A model generated the notes under the pieces. That model was not told the DNA's origin, did not search any database, and saw only the letters and a program-made list of their open reading frames with translations. A DNA stretch of 64,000 nucleotides from a virus: IMG/VR virus record IMGVR_UViG_3300026487_000001; one strand, 5' to 3'. A program made the position numbers and the translations under genes. Of this stretch, positions 45,520 through 53,471 are shown piece by piece (positions within the stretch are counted from its first letter, which is position 1; each line of letters opens with the position of its first letter).

Positions 45520-45930
45520 ATGCCGCAATTCTCTTTTGCCTACAACATAGGCGACATTGTTTCTTTCGAAATTCCTTCGGAGCTGTGTTCGCCGTGTATT
45601 TTGCGTGGCACTATCAACTCTATCCTTATCGGTAAGGAAGAGGCGATCTATATGATAAGCAGCCGCTACGCCCAGCACCCTGTTTGTGAATCTGCTATAG
45701 TTAAACCGATATTCAGCACGAAGTCCTTTGATGTGTTCTACCCAGGCGTCGAAGTATTAGTGAAGACAAAAGAAGGCTTCGAAATTCCCGCATTTGTCGA
45801 AAGTGCAGTAATTTCTAATGGCCGCTTACGTTACTGGCTGAACAGCGTTAATGGCCTCGACTGCTTCCAAGCAGATGAAGGTCAGGTGCGTTTAACCAAT
45901 ACGCAGAGCAATATCGACAAATTCCAATAG
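45520..45930 (+). CDS. Hypothetical protein
   Basis: ATG at 45520 preceded by GAGG, 136 aa. Confidence 0.65.
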   Translation: MPQFSFAYNIGDIVSFEIPSELCSPCILRGTINSILIGKEEAIYMISSRYAQHPVCESAIVKPIFSTKSFDVFYPGVEVLVKTKEGFEIPAFVESAVISNGRLRYWLNSVNGLDCFQADEGQVRLTNTQSNIDKFQ

Positions 45931-45940
45931 GGAGTACACG

Positions 45941-46720
45941 ATGGACCAGTCCATTCGCTCCGAGTCGTTTGATACCTCGGACATGGGCCTCGTCGGACTG
46001 AACGCGATTGATATGCACAAGGAAGATGTTAGCCGTACAGCTAAGTCTATCCGTGTGGATGCGTCGCGTTTCGGTATTGAGACAGGCTCTTTTAATCTTG
46101 ACGTGAACGTGTGGCTGCCTAAAGCGGCTGAGATGTATAACACGTCACGCAACATCCGCGACTACATCATCGTGCCTGTTCCGGTAAACATCACTGAATT
46201 GCCGAACACGAATGGTGATGCGTTTAGCCTGCAGGAGTGGTTAACGTTCAACCCTGACCAGGGCCGTCTTGCATATCAGACGTTCATTGGTAAGCCGACG
46301 TTTATCGAACACAACAACAAAGACTACCGCCAAGCCATGGGCATGATCTTCGACAGTAACTTGTCTAAGCTCAAGAACTTCCGTGGTGATCATGCGCGTC
46401 TGACGTTGCTGCTGGCCTTCGACCGTTCTCGTTGCCCTGAGCGCTGTGATCGTATCATGAGCGGTGAACTGAACACGTACAGCAAAGGCACAACCTACCG
46501 TGCGTATAAGTGCAGTATCTGTGGTCAGTTGGTTACGCCTAAACATCGTAACTTCTGTTCGCATACGGCGTTCAACAAACCAACGTATCTTGATGCGCGT
46601 ACTGGCCGATTGGTCTATCGTGATTGCAAGATGCTGACAGGCTTTGAGTGCAGTAGCGTGGACGACCCAGCGTTCGCGTGTGCTGCAACATACAAAGAAC
46701 ATCTGTTAAGGATGGCCTGA
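45941..46720 (+). CDS. Putative prohead maturation protease (HK97/S78-like) with C-terminal Cys cluster
   Basis: IIVPVPVNITELPNTNGDAFSLQEWLTFNPDQGRL..GKPTFIEHNNKD resembles the N-terminal pattern of prohead proteases. Position upstream of scaffold/MCP fits. CSICGQ...CSH. Confidence 0.45.
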   Translation: MDQSIRSESFDTSDMGLVGLNAIDMHKEDVSRTAKSIRVDASRFGIETGSFNLDVNVWLPKAAEMYNTSRNIRDYIIVPVPVNITELPNTNGDAFSLQEWLTFNPDQGRLAYQTFIGKPTFIEHNNKDYRQAMGMIFDSNLSKLKNFRGDHARLTLLLAFDRSRCPERCDRIMSGELNTYSKGTTYRAYKCSICGQLVTPKHRNFCSHTAFNKPTYLDARTGRLVYRDCKMLTGFECSSVDDPAFACAATYKEHLLRMA

Positions 46721-47844
46721 TGTCACAAGGTTTAGCAATAGCTGACTATTCGTACTATCGCTATCTCGGTCAGGCGGCAATGATCTCAAACGGAGTCCAC
46801 ATGGAACCGCGCGAGGTCATTGGCCTTCTCAAAGTGAACAGCGACCTGTACTACATAGCCCATCCTAAATACGATCAGGCATATGCAATCAGTGGAGAAG
46901 ACGGTGACAAGCTCATTCAGAACAGTCGCCCATTCACTGCAAAACCTGATGCGCTCTTTAAGCCTGGCTTTGACTTCACTCCTTATGAGGAGAAGCAGAA
47001 GAAGCCTGCGCCACCAGCACCAAAACCCAAACCAGTTTCTATTAAGAAAAAGCCTGCACCAGAACCTGAGCCGGAAGCACCTGTTGAGGACTCTGCTGAG
47101 GAAGACACACCTGATTCATTAAAGGCTATTCAGCGCCGTGTTGGCGATATGCCTGATTTTGGTAATTTCAAACCACTGCAATATGCCTCAGCAATTTATC
47201 CGGGTGGTACGCCAAACAACTACGCCACCAAGCCTGTTAAGAAGTGCGGTAAAGTGCATCTTGAAATAATGGGTATGGATGACCTGCGTGTGCCTGGCGT
47301 TACGCTTGAGAAGAACGGCGTTAGTCCTCCTGATTATGTTCTTAAAGACATTCAGGAAAACGTCATGCCTGGCATTGGTCTGAACATAGCACTGCCATTC
47401 AAACGTCTGTATGTTGGCCTGTTAAAAGCTAACTCGGATAGTGGTGGTAGCCATATCGCAACGTATCGCGTACACGGCTTCCTGTATGGCGCTATTTCAA
47501 TCCATCCTGCGCAGTTGGTGCATCTACTTGGTGGCTATAATAGTCTGAGTATGGCTCACGTTATTACTCACGAACTGGCCCATTTTGTGGACCATACGAT
47601 GATTCGTAACGTTGACCGCATGAAGTTCGATCAGGCTATCAAGGGCAAGAAAATCCATCCAGATTCGCTTAACGCGCGAACCATTAGTTCGGTACCCGCC
47701 GAGCACTTCGCAACGCTTGCGGAGCTGATGGTTTGGGGATATAGTCTGCGCAACGTATATACCTTAAATGGTGTTGAAATTGTCTCGAAATACTTCGAAA
47801 ACAGATATATTCCTCAAACTGACATTGATAGCAGAAAAATTTAA
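46720..47844 (+). CDS. HExxH zinc-metallopeptidase-like protein with recurrent N-terminal domain and Pro/Lys linker
   Basis: ATG overlapping the upstream TGA. VITHELAHFVDH (HELAH at 47569-47583). KKPAPPAPKPKPVSIKKKPAPEPEPE linker. Confidence 0.6.
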   Translation: MSQGLAIADYSYYRYLGQAAMISNGVHMEPREVIGLLKVNSDLYYIAHPKYDQAYAISGEDGDKLIQNSRPFTAKPDALFKPGFDFTPYEEKQKKPAPPAPKPKPVSIKKKPAPEPEPEAPVEDSAEEDTPDSLKAIQRRVGDMPDFGNFKPLQYASAIYPGGTPNNYATKPVKKCGKVHLEIMGMDDLRVPGVTLEKNGVSPPDYVLKDIQENVMPGIGLNIALPFKRLYVGLLKANSDSGGSHIATYRVHGFLYGAISIHPAQLVHLLGGYNSLSMAHVITHELAHFVDHTMIRNVDRMKFDQAIKGKKIHPDSLNARTISSVPAEHFATLAELMVWGYSLRNVYTLNGVEIVSKYFENRYIPQTDIDSRKI

Positions 47845-47865
47845 AAATACCTGAATTTTTTCTGC
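47831..47865 (+). promoter_or_regulatory. AT-rich inverted repeat / weak terminator spanning a stop codon
   Basis: GCAGAAAAATT (47831-47841) vs AATTTTTTCTGC (47854-47865), one bulge, 12-nt loop. Confidence 0.35.
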
Positions 47866-47871
47866 ATATTT

Positions 47872-47879
47872 TAATTTCA
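47872..47879 (+). promoter_or_regulatory. TAATTTCA motif copy
   Basis: In the AT-rich intergenic gap, 41 nt upstream of the ATG at 47921. Confidence 0.45.
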
Positions 47880-47920
47880 ACCTGTCGATTCAACGACTAA
47901 ATTCTATGAGGGTTTTAACC

Positions 47921-49939
47921 ATGCCAAAGATTACCCAACTCGCGGGTATCCTGTGTGTCGGTCAAAACCATAATCAGGCAGTAGAGAATTTTCGCCGCAC
48001 TGCAACCGGTCAGAACCTGATGATTTATGGTTCTACTGAAGGTGTAGGCTTTGCTTCGCAAAGTGGCGCTGACCTCTACAATCCGAACGGCGGTGAAGAA
48101 CTGCTGGTGGAGCATCCTGATTTGGTTGAGAAAGCCGAAGTCCAGTCGCAGTCTTCTGCTGGTGATGTGAAAGCTCATTACACCATCTGTCTTGATGGTT
48201 GTGGTAGCCACGTTATCTCTGATTCTGCCGCGCTGGTTCAGGGCTGCTGCCCATCGTGCTCTGCTGACCTGTCCGAAATCACCGACGAACGTGTTACTCA
48301 GTTCCTGGCCGAATCCGCTTCTGCTGACGAACAGATTGAACACGCTGGTCTGGTTGCTACCGGCGAGACTGCCGAAGCTGCACAACGCAACTTCGCTCTG
48401 GCTCTGAGCAACGCACACGCGTTTACCGCACTGTCTGGTACTGGTAGCTTCAACGCTGCTACTACCGTAAACTTCGACCCGTACACCGGCCAGGCCGTTG
48501 AGAACTGCGAAGCGCAGGAAGCTCCAGAAGCTATCACTGCTCTGTCCAGCAACGCGGCCAATGGCGAAGTCGAAGCGCACATCTATAGCTGCTCCGCTAA
48601 CTGCGAACAGCCGTTCACTGTAAGCTCTGATGAAGAGCCTGTGTTCTGTGCGCATTGTTCTGCCGCGCTGGTCGACGAGCCGATTGCATCCCAATCTGGC
48701 GACGACGATAGCGACATTGATATTATCGAAGAAGAAGACCTCGAGGACGAAGATGATTCGTCTGATGACGAGGACGAAGACTTCGACTCTGAATCGTCTA
48801 ACGATGATGAAGATGATATTGATGACGAAGACGACCTCGACGATGAAGATCTGGATGAAGACGATCTGGACGACATTGACGATGAAGATCTGGAAGATGA
48901 CGAAGACCTGGACGACCTCGAAGAAGAAGACGAGGACGAGGACTTCGATTCAGAATCCAGCTCTGACGACGATCTCGACGAAGAAGACGACATTGACGAG
49001 GACGATGAAGACCTCGATGATGAAGACCTCGACGACGAGGAAGAACTGGAAGAAGATGATCTCGACGTCGATGACGAAGATGATTTTGATTCTGAAAGCA
49101 AATCCGTCAGCCGCGTCTTCAACAGCCTGTCCACTGCGCAAGCACAACACGGCACGCTTGACCCTCAGCTGGTTAGCCTGAGCCGCGCTGTTGGTAAGCT
49201 CGACACTGTACATATGTACTATGACGGCCAGCCGATTGCTCGCGCAACATTCGCTTCTGTGTCTGGTGCAGTTGGCGAAGAAAACGCTGCGAAATCTTTC
49301 GCATCTGATAATTTCATCCGTGCAGTATCACACTCGCTTAACAGCGCTGGCGTGACCGGTACTTGTGAAGCATTCGGCTTTATGCCGTATCAGATCGAAA
49401 TGCCGGTAGATGCACTGCTGGTGGCAGAATCTGACGCACGTATTAGCGAAGCTACTGCGAACGTTACGGGCACTATCGAAGAAGCGACCTCAGCTTACAC
49501 TGATCGTTTCGTCGCTGCTCTGTCTGCATCCCAGCTGGGCGTTACCAAAAACTTCTGGGGTGATGTGCGTAACCCAATCGTCGAAAGCCTGGTTAGCTCG
49601 CTGTCCGCAGCAGGCATCAAAGAACCACGCGCTGTAGTAGAACGCGCATTCATCGCCCACGGCAAAGACTTCCTGACGACCGCGCTGTCAAAAGCGATGG
49701 ACCTGATGAATAAGTCCGAAGTCGCGCAGAACGAAATCTCTGAGTCTATCGACGCGGCTGCTGGTACTGTTACCGCAGAACGTGCTCCAGTTGTTCAACA
49801 GCAAGTTGTAGCCGCGCAGCCTAAAGCTCCGGTCAACGCCGCTGAACTGCTGACTCAGAGCGACGTACCTGTTCAATCCCAGAGTTCAGCTTCCACTGGC
49901 TCATTCGAAGATAAGCTGTCCCGTCTGCGCCGCATGTAA
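47921..49939 (+). CDS. Scaffold-like protein: duplicated zinc-ribbon module + hyperacidic repeat tract + C-terminal domain
   Basis: ATG at 47921 with GAGGG RBS. CLDGC..(17)..CPSC (~48188-48262) and CSANC..(15)..CAHC (~48591-48665). A ~130-aa D/E tract. Sits just upstream of the decoration-like and capsid genes. Confidence 0.6.
   Translation: MPKITQLAGILCVGQNHNQAVENFRRTATGQNLMIYGSTEGVGFASQSGADLYNPNGGEELLVEHPDLVEKAEVQSQSSAGDVKAHYTICLDGCGSHVISDSAALVQGCCPSCSADLSEITDERVTQFLAESASADEQIEHAGLVATGETAEAAQRNFALALSNAHAFTALSGTGSFNAATTVNFDPYTGQAVENCEAQEAPEAITALSSNAANGEVEAHIYSCSANCEQPFTVSSDEEPVFCAHCSAALVDEPIASQSGDDDSDIDIIEEEDLEDEDDSSDDEDEDFDSESSNDDEDDIDDEDDLDDEDLDEDDLDDIDDEDLEDDEDLDDLEEEDEDEDFDSESSSDDDLDEEDDIDEDDEDLDDEDLDDEEELEEDDLDVDDEDDFDSESKSVSRVFNSLSTAQAQHGTLDPQLVSLSRAVGKLDTVHMYYDGQPIARATFASVSGAVGEENAAKSFASDNFIRAVSHSLNSAGVTGTCEAFGFMPYQIEMPVDALLVAESDARISEATANVTGTIEEATSAYTDRFVAALSASQLGVTKNFWGDVRNPIVESLVSSLSAAGIKEPRAVVERAFIAHGKDFLTTALSKAMDLMNKSEVAQNEISESIDAAAGTVTAERAPVVQQQVVAAQPKAPVNAAELLTQSDVPVQSQSSASTGSFEDKLSRLRRM
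48695..49100 (+). repeat. Imperfect tandem repeats encoding a D/E tract
   Basis: Three copies of ..EDEDFDSES[SK].. anchors (about 48775, 48940, 49080) separated by (D/E)n-L/I units. Confidence 0.65.
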
Positions 49940-49990
49940 TTGCGGCCTGCACGACAGTTAATTTTTAATCTCTCTTATTGGAGAAACATC

Positions 49991-50698
49991 ATGCTGTTTC
50001 AAAATGCTACCGATATCGTACAGACCCAGGAAGCTGACCTGCTGCCGGGCGAAGTAATCCACGAAGAAGGCGTTGCACTGGTTTGGGCCCGCGAAGGCGG
50101 TCACTCTTACCTGCGTCTGTCTACTGGCGCTGCCGAAGAAGTCTTCGCTGGCTTCGCACTGGCTCGCTCTATGCCTCCTTCGCACATGAACCGCGTGGAA
50201 GAGTTCGTTATTGACTCTACCAAAAAGTTCACTGCATCTCGCGTACCGACCGCTGGCGCTATGCTGGTTAAAGTCGACGGCGCTAAAGCCGAGCAGGAAG
50301 CTACCGCTTCTGCCTCTGCTGCCGGTAAAGTTGGTGTGCAGGGCGCTGACCTGTACTTCCACGCTGACGACGTAGGTAAGAAAGTTCGCATCCAGTATGG
50401 TTACGAGCTGACTGTTACCGAAGCGCGTTCTTACACTGCTGACGCCCCTATCGGCGGCCTGGCTTCTAACATCGCTGGTCGTATCGGTTATATCAAACTG
50501 GGTAACATCGCTACCTCTATGTTTGACCCGACTGCTGACTGGTCTGCTGACAACGTGATGCACCCGAGCCTGGGTCCGGACGGCCTGCTGACTATCGGCG
50601 GTGCTGGTACCGAGCTGAAAGGCTGCATCATCAAAGAAGCGCCTACTTCTGAGCGCGGCTTCCTTGTCATCGAAATGTCTTCCTCTTACGGCGCCTAA
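49991..50698 (+). CDS. Putative capsid decoration / accessory head protein
   Basis: ATG at 49991 with GGAGA RBS, 235 aa, strong codon bias, immediately upstream of the MCP. Confidence 0.45.
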   Translation: MLFQNATDIVQTQEADLLPGEVIHEEGVALVWAREGGHSYLRLSTGAAEEVFAGFALARSMPPSHMNRVEEFVIDSTKKFTASRVPTAGAMLVKVDGAKAEQEATASASAAGKVGVQGADLYFHADDVGKKVRIQYGYELTVTEARSYTADAPIGGLASNIAGRIGYIKLGNIATSMFDPTADWSADNVMHPSLGPDGLLTIGGAGTELKGCIIKEAPTSERGFLVIEMSSSYGA

Positions 50699-50756
50699 TC
50701 GTCGCGCACCGTAACTGTTTGAACTGAAACTACGAGATTATTCTCAGGAGCAACTA

Positions 50757-51857
50757 ATGAACAATTCCTTAATGCGCGGCGCTAAAGTAACTCTGCGTAA
50801 CGGTGCCCCAATCGAAGACCTGCGCTTCGGTGGTAAAGGCGATCTGGCTCTGAGTGAGAGCACCGGCGAAATCAACGCCTACTCGAACAAAGACCTCCTG
50901 CGTAACATCAGCCGTCTGATGGAAGAAGCTGCCAACGGCAACATCGTTCACTCACACTCCGGCGCTCAGAACGGTCTGACCGACGCTGAGAAAGTTGAGC
51001 TGATTCAGGAAGCTGTTGCTGATAGCAGCGGCGAGAAGTGGGCTTCTCTGGGTGCTTCTATCGTTGCATCTATCGAAGACCGTGCTGAACGTGCGGGCCT
51101 GCTGCGCAAAGTTTGTAAAGGCGCTACCGTTCGTCAGGGCGACATTGCTCGTATCGAACTGAAAATCCACCAGGCAGAAGCTGTAATCGCGACCGGTCCT
51201 ACTGACTTCGGTTACCGTCAATTCCGCGGCCGTGTTTACACGCCTGCTGAGTTCGAACTGAAATCTAACATTCGTGTTAGCAAAATGGACCTGGACCAAA
51301 TCAACGGCGATCTGCTGGACCGCGCTCAACAGGACGGCCTGTCTTCTATCATGGTTGCAGAAGACCGTCTGTGGAAACGCGCTTGTGACCAGGCAGTCGG
51401 TGTTGCTAACCCGATCACCTGGGTTCACGGTGACCTGACTCCGCGTCTGCTGTCTACTCTGAAAAATTCTGTGTCTTCATGGCCGCTGCCTGTTAGCACC
51501 GCTGTGATGGCGCAGGACTACTGGAACGATATCGTTGGTAACGATCAGTTCTCCTCTGCTCTGGACCCGGTAAGCAAATACGACCTGATCACCACTGGTC
51601 GCCTGGGTACCCTGCTGGGTATGGAACTGGTAACTGACGGCTTCCGCGCTCCGGAACACCGCGTACTGCACGACGGCGAACTGTACGTTCTGGCCGACCA
51701 GGACTACCACGCAGTGTACACCACTCGTGGCGGCACCCAGTCTACCCCGACTTCCGGTGCGAACCAGGGTAACACCGACCGCGGCTGGCTGCTGTCTAGC
51801 ACCTTCTCCTTCACTCTGGCGAACGTGCGCTCTGTAGCTAAAGCTGTTCGTGGTTAA
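50757..51857 (+). CDS. Major capsid protein (HK97-fold type)
   Basis: 366 aa, AGGAG RBS, very strong codon bias (CTG/CGT/GGT/ACC), typical MCP-like C-terminal half (..TTGRLGTLLGMELVTDGFRAPEHRVL..), flanked by an RNA hairpin. Confidence 0.7.
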   Translation: MNNSLMRGAKVTLRNGAPIEDLRFGGKGDLALSESTGEINAYSNKDLLRNISRLMEEAANGNIVHSHSGAQNGLTDAEKVELIQEAVADSSGEKWASLGASIVASIEDRAERAGLLRKVCKGATVRQGDIARIELKIHQAEAVIATGPTDFGYRQFRGRVYTPAEFELKSNIRVSKMDLDQINGDLLDRAQQDGLSSIMVAEDRLWKRACDQAVGVANPITWVHGDLTPRLLSTLKNSVSSWPLPVSTAVMAQDYWNDIVGNDQFSSALDPVSKYDLITTGRLGTLLGMELVTDGFRAPEHRVLHDGELYVLADQDYHAVYTTRGGTQSTPTSGANQGNTDRGWLLSSTFSFTLANVRSVAKAVRG

Positions 51858-51869
51858 CGATTGATTGCC

Positions 51870-51891
51870 GAGGGTGGCTTATGCTGCCCTC
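51870..51891 (+). other. RNA hairpin of the terminator family but without a U-tract (processing/stability element?)
   Basis: GAGGGTGGC-TTAT-GCTGCCCTC directly after the MCP stop, followed by ACTACTGAGG (the RBS of the next gene). Confidence 0.5.
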
Positions 51892-51908
51892 ACTACTGAG
51901 GACCAAGC

Positions 51909-52322
51909 ATGAAGACTTTATCTGGTTCCTTAGCTGCACTGGCAATCGTCGCGGCGCGTGAAGGACAGTGGACTGACGTTGCGCGTTTGCTCTCGCAAGC
52001 TGCGTATGCGCCGGACGCTGAGGACTTTCTCGAATGCGAACTCGCGGATAACTTCCAGGCTTCTTGCTTGGTAAACTCTGTGAGCAACGCGTCTGGACTG
52101 AACGAATCCGTCGCTGCGTTATCCGCTGCTTTAGAGCTTAATGCCGAGGAAGAAACAGCCGTGTCGTTGTGCGACGACGAAGTTATCAGCCTTAACTCTG
52201 ATAGCGACGAAGAAGACGAATTTGAGGACGAGCTTAGTGATGAAGAAGAGGACGATGCAGATGATGCAATCGAATCCGATTCATCCGCCCCTTCCTCATT
52301 GATTCGTTTACGACTCGACTAA
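51909..52322 (+). CDS. Small protein with acidic C-terminus
   Basis: 137 aa, GAGGA RBS. DSDEEDEFEDELSDEEEDDADD. Bracketed by two hairpins. Confidence 0.65.
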   Translation: MKTLSGSLAALAIVAAREGQWTDVARLLSQAAYAPDAEDFLECELADNFQASCLVNSVSNASGLNESVAALSAALELNAEEETAVSLCDDEVISLNSDSDEEDEFEDELSDEEEDDADDAIESDSSAPSSLIRLRLD

Positions 52323-52345
52323 CACCCGATTAAGGGTAACCAAAA

Positions 52346-52369
52346 GGGTGGCTTCGGCCGCCCTTTTTT
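52346..52369 (+). terminator. Intrinsic terminator
   Basis: GGGTGGC-TTCG-GCCGCCC + TTTTTT + CGTATCT box. Confidence 0.75.
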
Positions 52370-52387
52370 CGTATCTGGAGCAAGAAA

Positions 52388-53071
52388 ATGAGCGCTAACC
52401 TTGCAGGTATGCTCAAGAACAGTACGTCACTGAAAGCTACCTTGTTTGGCTTTCAACGTCAGTTCCGCCAAGGGTTCAACTTAAAGCGTTTTGTTTGGTC
52501 TGTGCATAACAACCCGAAACAGGGTATTCGTGCAACGAACAATCAAAGCACTGACTATCCGTATGGATGGTTCAAGTTGCCTACAATGGCATTCAACCGT
52601 GACGAGTCTGTTCCGATCAAGAACATTGCACGACACGGCTCAGGCTGGGCATTAGGCAACGATGATACTAACGCCATCGTTGTGACGAACTACTACTTTC
52701 CTGTGACACTCACTGGTTCGTTGTTCGTTAAGTTCATGAACATCGACGATGCCTTGCTGTTTGTGCAGCAGGCTCTTATCGCAGGCCTGACTGATCTCAT
52801 GAGCTTCTCTATCGAGATGCCTACCGCCAAATGGACTGTGCGTGTTAAACTCGATGACTCTATCCCTCTGCCTAACATTGATGACCTCGATGACGGCAGC
52901 ACACCAGGTAGCTTCGAGCTTGAGATCCCAATTACGATTCATACCAAGATTGGTTTTAATATGGAGCAGGCGAAGATCAACAACTACGGTGAAATCACTG
53001 ATAACGTTGAGATCGATATGGACTTAGGTCCTCGCGCCAACGCTGTCGAAGACGAGGAGGAAGTAGACTAA
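52388..53071 (+). CDS. Neck/tail-completion-region protein (function unknown)
   Basis: 227-aa ORF, GGAG RBS, first gene of the tail module. Confidence 0.6.
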   Translation: MSANLAGMLKNSTSLKATLFGFQRQFRQGFNLKRFVWSVHNNPKQGIRATNNQSTDYPYGWFKLPTMAFNRDESVPIKNIARHGSGWALGNDDTNAIVVTNYYFPVTLTGSLFVKFMNIDDALLFVQQALIAGLTDLMSFSIEMPTAKWTVRVKLDDSIPLPNIDDLDDGSTPGSFELEIPITIHTKIGFNMEQAKINNYGEITDNVEIDMDLGPRANAVEDEEEVD

Positions 53072-53415
53072 TGTACACACGCGAGAAGTATCGTAAGCTG
53101 GATCGTACTCTGGTCATTGATAGTCGTGTACGTGCTGTCACTTCTAACCAGAACTCTATCCTAAAACGACAATCACACGCTGTGGGTATTCCCCTCTGTG
53201 GTGAATATCAGATGCAGAGTATCATCGTCGGCCCTAAAGGATATGCGCTGCCTGAGATTAAAGGTCTGCTGTACATTGATACCGCAGAGCCTATCATTCT
53301 CCAGTTCGCTGGTGGTCAAATGATTATCGAAGGGCAATTCACCCTGACAGGAAAGATGGCACAATCCGTTCTGGTAAGTGACGTGGATCAGCGAGTTAAT
53401 CTGGTTTGCTATTGA
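53071..53415 (+). CDS. Hypothetical tail-module protein
   Basis: 114-aa ORF, TAATG overlap. Confidence 0.6.
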   Translation: MYTREKYRKLDRTLVIDSRVRAVTSNQNSILKRQSHAVGIPLCGEYQMQSIIVGPKGYALPEIKGLLYIDTAEPIILQFAGGQMIIEGQFTLTGKMAQSVLVSDVDQRVNLVCY

Positions 53416-53423
53416 GTTCTCGC

Positions 53424-53431
53424 TAATTTCA
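53424..53431 (+). promoter_or_regulatory. TAATTTCA motif copy
   Basis: Intergenic, 40 nt upstream of the sheath ATG. Confidence 0.45.
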
Positions 53432-53471
53432 TACAGTCGTTACACGATGCCCATTCTTATGGAGATTCACG

